Positions 1 through 8,944 of a stretch of 64,000 nucleotides of DNA are shown piece after piece. The stretch comes from an uncultured Gemmatimonadales bacterium. Its GTDB lineage: Bacteria > Gemmatimonadota > Gemmatimonadetes > Gemmatimonadales > GWC2-71-9. The notes below the pieces were generated by a model. It was not told the DNA's origin. It searched no databases and saw nothing but the letters and a program-made list of their open reading frames with translations. The stretch lies in NCBI GenBank assembly GCA_963828735.1, contig CAWHFW010000005.1, positions 1,792,001 to 1,856,000 on the forward strand, in the 5' to 3' direction. The position numbers and the translations under genes are program-made. How positions within the stretch are numbered: position 1 is the first letter of the stretch; each line of letters starts with the position of its first letter.

Positions 1-876
1 CGACACGCGCACGCCGTTCCGGTACAGATGCGCGACGGACCACAGCGCGACCGCGCTGTTGATGGTGGGCACGAGCGGCGTATGAACCCCGGTAGCGCCA
101 TGATAGTAGAGCCCGAGGATCACGCCGCCGAACTTGGGGTGATGCGGCACGTCCATCGTCTGCACCCGATCGAGCACGACCTTCCAGCGGGCCCCGTCGT
201 GCGTCGTGAACTCCGCCGCACCGTCTACGGAGTCGCGGACGGCACCCTTGTCCCAGGCACTGAAGCTGAACGTGCCGGAGATCGGCGCGACGTTGTCGGA
301 GTAGGGCCCCATCTTGATCTGCCCCTCCAACGCCTCGTGCTCCGGGCCGAAGGACTGGAGGATCGGCCCGGCGCTGTCGGGAAACGGGAACGGCCCCGGC
401 AGGATCTGGATGACGGGCCCGCCGCCGGTCACCTGGATCCACTTGGCGGCGGCCTGCTCTCCACGCTGGCTCGTATCGGCGCCGGGGATCGCGCCGCCTT
501 GCTGGCCGGAGGCCACTACCTTGAGGTGCGTCTCCATCCCGAGCTTCTTGTGCGAGTCCCGGCCGACCGGGCAGTAGATCTCATAGGTGCCGGGATCGAG
601 TGTCACCGTCAGCGTCGCGGTCGTTCCGGGCTGGATGAGGGCGGTCTCCTTTTCGGTTCCGCGCCCTTCCACCTCGAAGGCGTGCGGGATGCTTCCGCCA
701 TTGGTAATCGTGAACGTGACCGGCCCGGCGGGAACGGCTTGGTTCGACAACCGGATCGTCCACTCGGACAACGTGGCGTCCACCGCAGCGGGAGCGGCCC
801 GGCGGCCAGGGGTTGCCGCGACGAGGGCGGCGGCGAAGGCGCCGCCGAGCAGCACGGCGATGGGTTCGGGTCTCAT
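1..876 (-). CDS. Secreted cupredoxin (type-1 Cu) domain fused to an uncharacterised His-containing C-terminal domain; 3' end runs off the window
   Basis: Absent from the ORF track; translated by hand from ATG 876 with AGGAGG upstream: signal-like MRPEPIAVLLGGAFAAALVAA, then NGGSIPHAFEVEG...PGTYEIYCPVGRDSHKKLGM (H...C-H-M ligands); open for 292 codons to base 1. Confidence 0.85.
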   Translation of the reverse strand, partial: MRPEPIAVLLGGAFAAALVAATPGRRAAPAAVDATLSEWTIRLSNQAVPAGPVTFTITNGGSIPHAFEVEGRGTEKETALIQPGTTATLTVTLDPGTYEIYCPVGRDSHKKLGMETHLKVVASGQQGGAIPGADTSQRGEQAAAKWIQVTGGGPVIQILPGPFPFPDSAGPILQSFGPEHEALEGQIKMGPYSDNVAPISGTFSFSAWDKGAVRDSVDGAAEFTTHDGARWKVVLDRVQTMDVPHHPKFGGVILGLYYHGATGVHTPLVPTINSAVALWSVAHLYRNGVRVS

Positions 877-923
877 ACGCTCGATCCTCCTGATGGGGTG
901 ACGTCGCTAACGTTCAAGCGGGA

Positions 924-979
924 GACTCCACCCCCATCGCCGATATTCCCGAGGGAATAAACTCGCCGGTTGGCGAGTC
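924..979. promoter_or_regulatory. Back-to-back divergent ECF-type promoters, GGAAT-N16-GAGTC on each strand
   Basis: Plus: GGAAT 954-958, GAGTC 975-979. Minus: GGAAT 949-945, GAGTC 928-924. Same 16-nt spacer; lies between the cupredoxin and ECF genes. Confidence 0.75.
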
Positions 980-1020
980 CACTCCCGACGGGCTGGCGCG
1001 CGAGACACTCGAGGGACCGG

Positions 1021-1545
1021 TTGGAGCCAAGCGAGCTGGAGCGATTCGAGGCCGTGGTGCTGCCGCACTTGGACGCCGCCTACGGGCTGGCGCGCTACCT
1101 GACGCGGAACGACGCCGACGCCGAAGACGTCGTGCAGGAGTCGCTGTTGCGCGCACTGCGGCACTTCGGCGGATTCCGTGGCGCGGGCGCTCCGCAGGGC
1201 CGGGCCTGGGTGCTCGCGATCGTTCGGAACACCGCGTACACCTCGCGCCGTCGGCGCCGCGCGGACGCCTCCACGACGGAGTTCGACGAGGCCATCCACA
1301 GCGAGGCGGCCCGCGATGCGACCGGATCCGAGCTCGACCGTCGCGATTCGCGCGAGACCCTGGCGCAGGCGCTCGAGCGACTGTCGCCCGACCTGCGTGA
1401 GGTGATCGTCCTGCGGGAAATCGAAGGGCTGTCCTACAAGGAGATCGGCGAGGTGGTGGACGTGCCCATCGGCACGGTCATGTCCCGACTCTCGCGGGCC
1501 CGCAAGCGTCTGCAGGAGGCGCTCGCCGGGAATCAGGAGCGTTGA
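1021..1545 (+). CDS. ECF sigma factor
   Basis: [52 protein letters not shown] 1021 chosen (GAGGG upstream, downstream of the promoter) over track start 970. Confidence 0.93.
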   Translation: MEPSELERFEAVVLPHLDAAYGLARYLTRNDADAEDVVQESLLRALRHFGGFRGAGAPQGRAWVLAIVRNTAYTSRRRRRADASTTEFDEAIHSEAARDATGSELDRRDSRETLAQALERLSPDLREVIVLREIEGLSYKEIGEVVDVPIGTVMSRLSRARKRLQEALAGNQER

Positions 1546-1546
1546 G

Positions 1547-2320
1547 ATGACCCACCCGGACATCGAAGCCCAGGTCGACGCGTACCTCGACGGCGAGCTC
1601 GCCGCGAGCGATGCCGCCGAGCTCGAGGCGCACCTCGCGGGCTGCGCCAGCTGCGGACGGTTCCGCGCCGACCGGCTCGCCCTGCGCGCCGCCATCACGG
1701 CCGAGATGCCGAGGCTCGAGGCCCCGGATGCGCTGCGAGCGCGGGTCCGCGCCTCCCTCCGCGACGAGGCGAGGTCCACCGGCACCCGCCGGCCCGCCAC
1801 CTCCTGGCGCTGGCTGGCGCTCGCCGCGTCGCTGGCGGCCGTGGCGGTCGGCAGTTGGCGGTTGGGATCGGCACGCACGGCGTCGGCGATCCTCGCGGAC
1901 GAAGTGGTGGCGAGCCACGTCCGCTCGCTGATGCCCGGCCACCTCAGCGACGTCGTCTCGTCCGACCAGCATACCGTGAAACCGTGGTTCGACGGGAAGC
2001 TCGATTTCTCGCCCCCGGTGCATGACTTCGCCGGGCGCGGCTACCCGCTTCTCGGCGGACGACTCGACTACCTGAACGGGCGGCCGGTGGCGGCGCTGGT
2101 CTACGGCCGTCGGAAGCACGTCGTCAGCGTCTTCCTCTGGCCGGCAGACCGGCCCGAGCGGGTGTCCGCGCCACCGATGCGGAGGGGGTATCACGTGCTG
2201 CACTGGGCGACGCCCGATTTCGCCTACTGGGTCACCTCGGACATCGGGCAGTCGGAGCTGAAGGCGTTCGGGGAGATGCTGAGTCTCGCGGACTCGACGG
2301 CGGCAGGGGCGGAGAGGTGA
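1547..2320 (+). CDS. Zinc-finger (HxxxCxxC) transmembrane anti-sigma factor
   Basis: YLDGEL...[26 protein letters not shown], extracytoplasmic [23 protein letters not shown] domain; directly follows the sigma gene. Confidence 0.92.
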   Translation: MTHPDIEAQVDAYLDGELAASDAAELEAHLAGCASCGRFRADRLALRAAITAEMPRLEAPDALRARVRASLRDEARSTGTRRPATSWRWLALAASLAAVAVGSWRLGSARTASAILADEVVASHVRSLMPGHLSDVVSSDQHTVKPWFDGKLDFSPPVHDFAGRGYPLLGGRLDYLNGRPVAALVYGRRKHVVSVFLWPADRPERVSAPPMRRGYHVLHWATPDFAYWVTSDIGQSELKAFGEMLSLADSTAAGAER

Positions 2321-2377
2321 CAGGGACGGCCCGAGCCAGGAAGCCCGCATCCGTCTGCGTGTGCCCCTGCGCACAAT

Positions 2378-2406
2378 TTGCCAGCGGCACGGTCGGGCCA
2401 TAGCTT
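2378..2406 (+). promoter_or_regulatory. sigma70-like promoter for a probably leaderless ECF sigma mRNA
   Basis: TTGCCA-N17-TAGCTT, 7 nt before ATG 2414, no SD sequence. Confidence 0.55.
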
Positions 2407-2413
2407 GGCCGAC

Positions 2414-2974
2414 ATGTCCACCGCCCCGGACTCGCTGTCGCCCGCCCTCGAGCGCGTGCTCGAGAAGTTCGCCGGCATCGTCCGGCGGGTGTGCTGGCGG
2501 TATCACTTCGCCGGGGCGGAGGTGGACGAGCTGATGCAGGAGGTTCGGATCCGCCTGTGGCACGCCCACGGCGGCCACGAGGGCGCCGGTGAGACGCTGG
2601 CGGCCATCCCTGCGTCATATCTCCATAGGACGGCTCTCTCCGCGGCCGTCGACCTGCTGCGCCGCCGCCGGGCGCGGCGTGCCGACCAGATGATTCCCAT
2701 CGAGGACGAGCCGGCAGGTATGGCGGAGGCGCCCGGACCGGAGCAGGCGCTCGCGGAATCGGAGCTCGCCCAACAGGTCGAGCGCGCGCTCCAGTCCATT
2801 CAGCCGTCCCGCCGCCCGGTGGTCAGGATGCATCTCATGGGACATCCACGCGAGGAGATCGCCCGGGTGCTCGGGTGGTCCGAATCCAAGACGCGCAACC
2901 TGCTGTATCGCGGGCTGGCGGACGTGCGCGAACGCCTGGTGGCTGAGGGGGTCCAATGGACCAGCCGAACGTAA
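2414..2974 (+). CDS. ECF sigma factor (second)
   Basis: VDELMQEVRIRLW, SYLHRTALSAAVDLLRR, region 4 EEIARVLGWSESKTRNLLYRGL. Confidence 0.88.
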   Translation: MSTAPDSLSPALERVLEKFAGIVRRVCWRYHFAGAEVDELMQEVRIRLWHAHGGHEGAGETLAAIPASYLHRTALSAAVDLLRRRRARRADQMIPIEDEPAGMAEAPGPEQALAESELAQQVERALQSIQPSRRPVVRMHLMGHPREEIARVLGWSESKTRNLLYRGLADVRERLVAEGVQWTSRT

Positions 2975-3621
2975 CCGAAACCATGCGGCTCCAAGAGCTC
3001 TACTCGCGTCGGGTGACCGAAGAGAGCCCCGACGGCGCTCCCCACGCGACGCCGGAAGCGATCCTCGCCGTGGTCCAGCGAGAGGGCTCGGAGGAGGAGC
3101 GGCTCGCGACGCTCGAGCACGTCATGGCCTGCGCTGCATGCCACCGCGAATACGAGTGGCTGACGGCGGTCGACCAGGCCGGCTTCGAGGCGGAAGCCGG
3201 CCAGACCGGGGGGCAGCGGCGCGCGTGGTGGCGCGGCGCGCCCCTGGCGCTCGCCGCGTCGTTGCTGGCGGTGGTGGGGGTGGGCCTGGTGCTCTCGGGT
3301 GTTCTCAGGACCGGCACGGAGCAGGTGCGTGGCCCCTCGGCGGACATCGTTCTCGTGGGGCCGCATGGACGGGCCAGGGCCGACGGGCCGCTCACGTTCA
3401 CCTGGCGCGCGGTTCCCGGCGTGTCGCGTTACGTGCTCGAGGTGCAGCGGACGGATGGCTCGGTGGCGCTCGCGCGCGAGACGGCCGATACCGTGGCTAC
3501 GGTCGCCAGTCCGTCCACACAGCTTCCGGACTCCGTCTACCGCTGGTGGGTGCGCGAGGTCACCGACGGCGCCGAGCCGAGGAGCTCCGCGTTGCGTGAC
3601 CTGCGGCTAGGCGGTCGCTGA
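2956..3621 (+). CDS. Zinc-finger transmembrane anti-sigma factor with extracytoplasmic beta domain
   Basis: HVMACAAC, TM PLALAASLLAVVGVGLVL, C-terminal FTWRAVPGVSRYVLEV...YRWWVR; overlaps the sigma gene. Confidence 0.82.
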   Translation: MDQPNVTETMRLQELYSRRVTEESPDGAPHATPEAILAVVQREGSEEERLATLEHVMACAACHREYEWLTAVDQAGFEAEAGQTGGQRRAWWRGAPLALAASLLAVVGVGLVLSGVLRTGTEQVRGPSADIVLVGPHGRARADGPLTFTWRAVPGVSRYVLEVQRTDGSVALARETADTVATVASPSTQLPDSVYRWWVREVTDGAEPRSSALRDLRLGGR

Positions 3622-6543
3622 CCGACGCCGTTGCTCCATCGCGGCGGCGAGCAGCACGACGAGGAGACCTCCCGCGCCGACCCACCAGGCCGCGCTCGCC
3701 TGGCCGGGCGTCCTGAGCGGAACGGTCGCCGTCGGATCCCCCACGGCGCCGAACGCCGCCCAGACGCTTGGCGGTGATCCTTCCCGGAGCGCCGCCAGCT
3801 TGGCGGCGCGCAACGCCTCCACGATCGACTTCCCACGCGCCAGCTCGATATAGAGTCGCTCCACGATCTTCACCGTGCTGCGGTCCCCCACCCGCCAGCT
3901 CGTGGCAACTACGCTCCTCGCTCCGGCTTCGAGCAACGAAGCGGTGAGCCCTTGGATACCCTCGCCGTCCACGACGACCCCGCCCGCCGTACGACAGGCC
4001 GACAGCACCACCAGATCGGCGTGGAGCCGGAGTCGGGCGAGCTCGCCCGGCGTCACCAGCCCATCACCAGACGCGCCGGGCGCGAGGGCGAGCGCGGTAC
4101 GGCCAAGCGCCCGGTCGTCGACCAGCGCGTGCGTGGCGAAGTGGATCACTTGGAACCCGTCGAGCGGCGTGTGGCGGAGATAGTCCACGCTCGCCTCGTC
4201 GCCGAGCCGAACGTCGGACACGGCCGCGTAGCGGGCGACGAGCCGTGCCTCGGTGCCCGATCCTCGCAGGCGCGGCAGGTCCTCCACCGTCGCGATAGGG
4301 TCGCCGGCGACGCGAACCGTGTCGTCGGCCGGTCGCGCGAAGCTCGGGTCGCCGAAAACGAGGAGGCGCGTCGAATCCGCCGGGAGGCGCTCGCGAGGCC
4401 GGCGCCACAACACGCCCAGCGTGCCGGCGGACGGCACGATGCCGGTCGCGTACCGCTCCACCAGGTAGTGTCCATCGCGCAGGCGAAGCGCGTCCCATGG
4501 CACGCGATGCAACGGGCCGTCGGGGACGATGATCAGGCGGCTGACCCCGGGCCCGAGCAGCCCCAGGACCGGCTCGAGGAGCGTCCGCCCCAACGTGGCC
4601 GCCGCGACGCGATCGTCGGTCCCGCGCGCCACCAGCGCGACGAACCGGCCGATCGCGTCGATGAGCGAGTCCGCCGGCGGCAGGAGGAGGGCCCGTGCCG
4701 GCGCGTCGCCGCGCGTCACGACGAAGGCGGTCGTCGGAGCGCCGAGCGTGCCGGTGACATACTCGACGAGCGCGGTGCTGTCGTCAGGCAGTAGGCCGGC
4801 GATCTCCGGGGCGCCGATCGAGGACGTCACGGCAGCCCCGGTGGTGGGGGCGGACGGCGCACCGTCGTGCGCGGGTGAAGTCTCGAGCGCCGAGGCCTCG
4901 ACGAGGCGCTGCCTCAGCTCCCGCGCCCGGCGCCGCTCGGCGAGGCCGAACGCGGCATTGGCCCGGCCGCCGGCCGCGAGCGCGGCGATGACTCTCGGCA
5001 CGCTCGAGTTGCCGTCGCTCTCGTCGGTGGCGGTGGCCTGGAAGGCCATCAGTCGCAGCTGCTGATCGTCGAGGGTGCTCCGCCACTCGTCCAGCGCGTC
5101 GCCGGCGGCCGTCAGCTCCCGCTCGGCCCCGGCGAGGTCGCCGCGGCGCGCCCGAATGTCGGCCAGATAGGCTCGGGTTTCGTGCTGCCGGAGATGCTCG
5201 TCGTCCCCGAGCTCGCGCAGGTAGCCGCGGAAGATGGCCTCGGCGGAATCCAGGTCGCCGCGGTGCAGGGCCAGGCGGCCACGCTGGTAGACCAGCTTGG
5301 ACCGCCAGGTATCGATGCCGTGACTCCGAAGCAGGTGCTCCGAGCTGTCGAGCGCCTGGGCGGCCGCTGGCCAGTTCCCCGCCAGCATCTCGACGTCGGC
5401 CAGCGAGTGATAGAGCTCGATCACGCCGACGATCGCGCCGGTCCGCCGGTCGAAGTCGATCGTCTCGAGCGTGAGCCGCCGTGCGGTGGCCAGGTCGCCG
5501 CGGTCGCGCGCGATGTTCGCCTGCCACGAGCGCACGTTCATCTGGTCGGCCGTGGCGTTCATGCCGACGTACTGCTCCATGGCCTGGTCGAAGTAGCGCG
5601 AGGCGGTCGGAAGGTCGTGGAGGGAGTAGTAGAGCGTGCCGAGCATGTGCTTGGCCAGGGCCTCGGCCTCCTGGTAGCGCGCCACCCGCGCCTGCTCCAG
5701 CGATTCCCGCAGCGCGACCTTGGCCTCGCCGTACGCGCCATGGTCCCGCAGGACGTCCGCCAGCGTCGTGAGGGCGAACGCGAGGCTGCGACGGTCGCGC
5801 ACCCTGCGCAGGATGTCGGTGGCGCGGCGCAGCATCGCGAGCGAGGAGTCCTCGAGCCCGCGGCCCCACAGGTCACGCGCCGCGGCGCGGAGGCACTGGG
5901 CCTCCGCCCGCGGCGCCTGGACGCGACGGGAGTACGCGAGCGCCACGGCGAGCGCGCCCTGGGTGCGGTGATCGCCCATGTAGAAGAGGATCAGGGCGCG
6001 CCGGCACCGCACGCCGGCGATCAAGTCCGTCTCGCTCGCGGGCAGCACCCGCAGCGCGCTGTCGTGATACGCCAGCCCCACCGCCTTGGCGGCGTCGACG
6101 CGCGTGTTGCCGAGCGCCTGCAGCGCATCGCCCTCGGCCACGCTGTCGTGGAGGGCCCGCGCGCCGGCGAGGGCCAGGCTCACCAGGCTGTCCGCAACCC
6201 CCATCTGCATGGCCTCGTAGCTCAGCCGGGCCAGGCCCAACCGCGCGTAGACGCCATACGCATCGTCGCGCGCCGGTGCGAGCACCATCAGACGCCGATA
6301 CCAGCGGGCCGCCGTCGAGTCGTCGGCGCTCAGCCGTGCCGTCGTGGCCAGGCCGAGCACCGCATCGCGGTCGGTCGAGTCGTGGGCCAGGCGGGTCAGC
6401 CATCGCGCGGCAACCGCGGGTGCGCTGTCGCCTTCGACCGCGCTCCGCGCCTCGCGCATGACCTGGCGGGGGGCGTCACCGGCCCGGCCGGCCACGCCGA
6501 CCTGCACCATTGCGATGCCGAGCAACAGCAGTGAGGCGAGCAC
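3607..6543 (-). CDS. TPR-repeat + CHAT (caspase-like) domain protein with signal peptide and C-terminal TM anchor
   Basis: Helical TPR-like repeats; CHAT motifs IIVPDGPLHRVPWDAL, IHFATH, LVVLSAC, AGARSVVATSWRV, WAAF; hydrophobic N-terminus from GTG 6543 (track start 6618); C-terminal WWVGAGGLLVVLLAAA-RRR. Confidence 0.9.
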   Translation of the reverse strand: MLASLLLLGIAMVQVGVAGRAGDAPRQVMREARSAVEGDSAPAVAARWLTRLAHDSTDRDAVLGLATTARLSADDSTAARWYRRLMVLAPARDDAYGVYARLGLARLSYEAMQMGVADSLVSLALAGARALHDSVAEGDALQALGNTRVDAAKAVGLAYHDSALRVLPASETDLIAGVRCRRALILFYMGDHRTQGALAVALAYSRRVQAPRAEAQCLRAAARDLWGRGLEDSSLAMLRRATDILRRVRDRRSLAFALTTLADVLRDHGAYGEAKVALRESLEQARVARYQEAEALAKHMLGTLYYSLHDLPTASRYFDQAMEQYVGMNATADQMNVRSWQANIARDRGDLATARRLTLETIDFDRRTGAIVGVIELYHSLADVEMLAGNWPAAAQALDSSEHLLRSHGIDTWRSKLVYQRGRLALHRGDLDSAEAIFRGYLRELGDDEHLRQHETRAYLADIRARRGDLAGAERELTAAGDALDEWRSTLDDQQLRLMAFQATATDESDGNSSVPRVIAALAAGGRANAAFGLAERRRARELRQRLVEASALETSPAHDGAPSAPTTGAAVTSSIGAPEIAGLLPDDSTALVEYVTGTLGAPTTAFVVTRGDAPARALLLPPADSLIDAIGRFVALVARGTDDRVAAATLGRTLLEPVLGLLGPGVSRLIIVPDGPLHRVPWDALRLRDGHYLVERYATGIVPSAGTLGVLWRRPRERLPADSTRLLVFGDPSFARPADDTVRVAGDPIATVEDLPRLRGSGTEARLVARYAAVSDVRLGDEASVDYLRHTPLDGFQVIHFATHALVDDRALGRTALALAPGASGDGLVTPGELARLRLHADLVVLSACRTAGGVVVDGEGIQGLTASLLEAGARSVVATSWRVGDRSTVKIVERLYIELARGKSIVEALRAAKLAALREGSPPSVWAAFGAVGDPTATVPLRTPGQASAAWWVGAGGLLVVLLAAAMEQRRRSATA

Positions 6544-6680
6544 CGGAGTCTCGTGGGGGGAATCAGCCTCAGGATACGGCGCCGGGGCCGGGGCCGGCAA
6601 GCCGCCCTGAGAATGCATCGGCCGGCCCTGCGTACCTACCTCCGGGCAGCATCACCATCACTTGCTCGGAGGAGGCCGTC

Positions 6681-7256
6681 ATGTCGTATCGCGTCACGTT
6701 CCCCCATCGTCGGGCGCTCTACGCGCTCGCCTGCGCGCTCGGGCTCGTCCTCGTTGCGTGCTCGGGTGGGGGCGGAGACGTCACCGCGCCCGACCCGGGC
6801 CCGCAGGATCCGCCCGAGCAACCCGCGCCGGTGCCGCCGCCGCAGGTACCGGACGCGCCGCCGCCCGCGCAGCAGAACGGCATCCAGGGCACGTATGCCC
6901 TGGTGAAGATCAACGACTCCCATCCGGGACAGATGGTGACGGTGGCCAATCCGGACGGGACGGTGATCGGCCTCTACCGGTTCGACGCCGGCACGCAGCT
7001 GGTGCTCGACCCGCTGCAGACGTTCAGCCTGCAGCTCCGTTACACGGATGACAAGGACGACTACGGGATCGACGACCAGGGCGAGTTCAAGTCTCCCGGG
7101 ATGGTCGAGGGAGCCCTGGCGCTCACGTTTTACTCCAAGGTGTACGGCGACCAGTTCCCGGGCTCGGCCGCTGACGGTGTCATCGCCCTCAAGTACGACT
7201 TCGACGGCGACGGCCAGACCGACACGGTGTTCACGTTCCAGCTTGTCGGCGGGTGA
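6681..7256 (+). CDS. Putative lipoprotein with Pro-rich linker and beta-rich domain
   Basis: GGAGGAGG RBS; lipobox LVAC; PGPQDPPEQPAP linker; DFDGDGQTD Ca-binding-like motif near the C-terminus. Confidence 0.8.
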   Translation: MSYRVTFPHRRALYALACALGLVLVACSGGGGDVTAPDPGPQDPPEQPAPVPPPQVPDAPPPAQQNGIQGTYALVKINDSHPGQMVTVANPDGTVIGLYRFDAGTQLVLDPLQTFSLQLRYTDDKDDYGIDDQGEFKSPGMVEGALALTFYSKVYGDQFPGSAADGVIALKYDFDGDGQTDTVFTFQLVGG

Positions 7257-7263
7257 CGCACGT

Positions 7264-7309
7264 CGACTCGGCCCGGTCGAGCCCTCACGGCTCGGCCGGG
7301 CTTGAGTCG
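7264..7309. terminator. Long GC-rich hairpin after the lipoprotein gene
   Basis: CGACTCgGCCCGGTCGAGCC-ctcac-GGCTCGGCCGGGCttGAGTCG; no U-tract. Confidence 0.45.
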
Positions 7310-7385
7310 TGGCTGGAGCAGCTTGGCGGCGGCCACCAGCGACGCCCTCTGTCGCGGAGCCGATGAGCGTCACGACGCTCGCACC

Positions 7386-7425
7386 CTGACGCACGATGAT
7401 CGTCGCTCTGACGTGATTCTGTCAT
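7386..7425 (+). promoter_or_regulatory. Candidate OmpR/PhoB-family binding box
   Basis: CTGACG 7386, CTGACG 7408, CTGTCA 7419 (22- and 11-bp spacing) upstream of an operon encoding an OmpR-type regulator. Confidence 0.5.
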
Positions 7426-7462
7426 TTCTTCCATAGGTCGTCAGGCCTGCCCGACCGTAGAT

Positions 7463-8944
7463 ATGGGCATGGCCCTCTCCACTACCCGCAGTATCGCCGA
7501 GCTCCAGGCCGAAGCCGAGCGTCCATCGCTCCGGCGCGCGCTTGGGCCGCTCAACCTCACCGCCCTGGGCATCGGGTCGGTGATCGGTACCGGCATCTTC
7601 GTGCTCACGGGCACCGCCGCGTCGCAGAACGCCGGGCCGGCGCTCGTGCTCTCCATGATCGTCGCGGCCGTGGCCTGTGCCCTGGCGGGACTCTGCTACG
7701 CGGAGCTCGCCTCGATGATTCCCGTCGCGGGCAGCGCCTATACCTACGCCTACGCGTCCTCGGGCGAGCTGGTGGCCTGGATCATCGGCTGGGACCTGAT
7801 CCTCGAGTACGCCCTGAGCGCTTCGACGATCGCGGTCGGCTGGTCGGGCTACTTCGTGAGCCTCATGCACGACCTTGGCGTCGCGTTGCCGCCGGCGCTC
7901 ACCGCAGCGCGCGGCGCGACGGCGCTGGGAATCGACGGCGCCGTCGTGCAGGGCGTCTTCAATCTGCCGGCGAGCATCATCGTGCTGCTGGTGACTGCGC
8001 TCCTCGTCACCGGCATCAAGCAGAGCGCCGATGCCAATACCGCGCTCGTGCTGCTCAAGGTATGCGTGCTCATCGCCTTCGTGGGGCTCGGCGCGGCGTA
8101 CGTGCGGCCCGAGCATCTCAAACCGCTCGTGCCCCCCAACACGGGCGAGTTCGGCCATTTCGGATGGAGCGGCGTGATGCGCGGAGCGGCGGTCATGTTT
8201 TTCGCGTACGTCGGATTCGATGCGGTGTCCACCGCCGCCCAGGAGGCGAGGAATCCGCAGCGCGACATGCCGATCGGGATCCTGGCGTCGCTCGCCATCT
8301 GCACGGTGCTCTACATCGCGGTGGCCGTCGTGCTCCTCGGCATCGTGCCCTACCAGCGGCTCAACGTCGCCGACCCGCTGGCCGTCGGCATCGACGCCAC
8401 CGGCCTCACCTGGTTCAGCCCGGTCGTCAAGGTGAGCGCGCTGTTCGGCCTGTTCAGCACGATGCTGGTGCAGCTGCTCGGCCAGACCCGCATCTTCTAC
8501 TCGATGAGCCGGGACGGATTGCTGCCCGACCTGTTCGGCGCCGTGCACCCGCGCTTCCGGACGCCGTGGCTCAGCACGCTGCTCACGGGTGGCGTGGTGG
8601 CGGTCGCGGCCGGGCTGCTTCCCATCGGGGTCTTGAGCCAGCTGGTGAGCATCGGGTCGCTCCTCGCGTTCGTGCTGGTGTGCGTCGGGGTGCTGGTGCT
8701 GCGCCGTACCGCCCCCGCCGTGGTGCGGCCGTTCCGGGTGCCCGGCGTCCCCTGGGTACCAGTGCTTGGCGCGTTGGCCTGCCTCGCGCAAATGGTCAGC
8801 CTGCCGTGGGCGACCTGGGAGCGCCTGGTCATCTGGATGGCGCTGGGTTTCGCGGTCTATTTTCTCTACAGCCGGCGACGGGCGCACGAGCGAAGGCAGG
8901 CGCGGCAGGCGCCCGCGGGGACGGTGGCACCGATCGGTGGGTGA
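7463..8944 (+). CDS. APC-family amino acid permease
   Basis: GIGSVIGTGIF, CYAELASMIPVAGSAYTY, FFAYVGFD, SRDGLLP; many TM segments. Confidence 0.95.
   Translation: MGMALSTTRSIAELQAEAERPSLRRALGPLNLTALGIGSVIGTGIFVLTGTAASQNAGPALVLSMIVAAVACALAGLCYAELASMIPVAGSAYTYAYASSGELVAWIIGWDLILEYALSASTIAVGWSGYFVSLMHDLGVALPPALTAARGATALGIDGAVVQGVFNLPASIIVLLVTALLVTGIKQSADANTALVLLKVCVLIAFVGLGAAYVRPEHLKPLVPPNTGEFGHFGWSGVMRGAAVMFFAYVGFDAVSTAAQEARNPQRDMPIGILASLAICTVLYIAVAVVLLGIVPYQRLNVADPLAVGIDATGLTWFSPVVKVSALFGLFSTMLVQLLGQTRIFYSMSRDGLLPDLFGAVHPRFRTPWLSTLLTGGVVAVAAGLLPIGVLSQLVSIGSLLAFVLVCVGVLVLRRTAPAVVRPFRVPGVPWVPVLGALACLAQMVSLPWATWERLVIWMALGFAVYFLYSRRRAHERRQARQAPAGTVAPIGG

Noticed and set aside
3607..6543. Type III-E CRISPR (Craspase) locus
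   Set aside because: No repeat-spacer array or cas genes seen, and the CHAT protein looks extracytoplasmic
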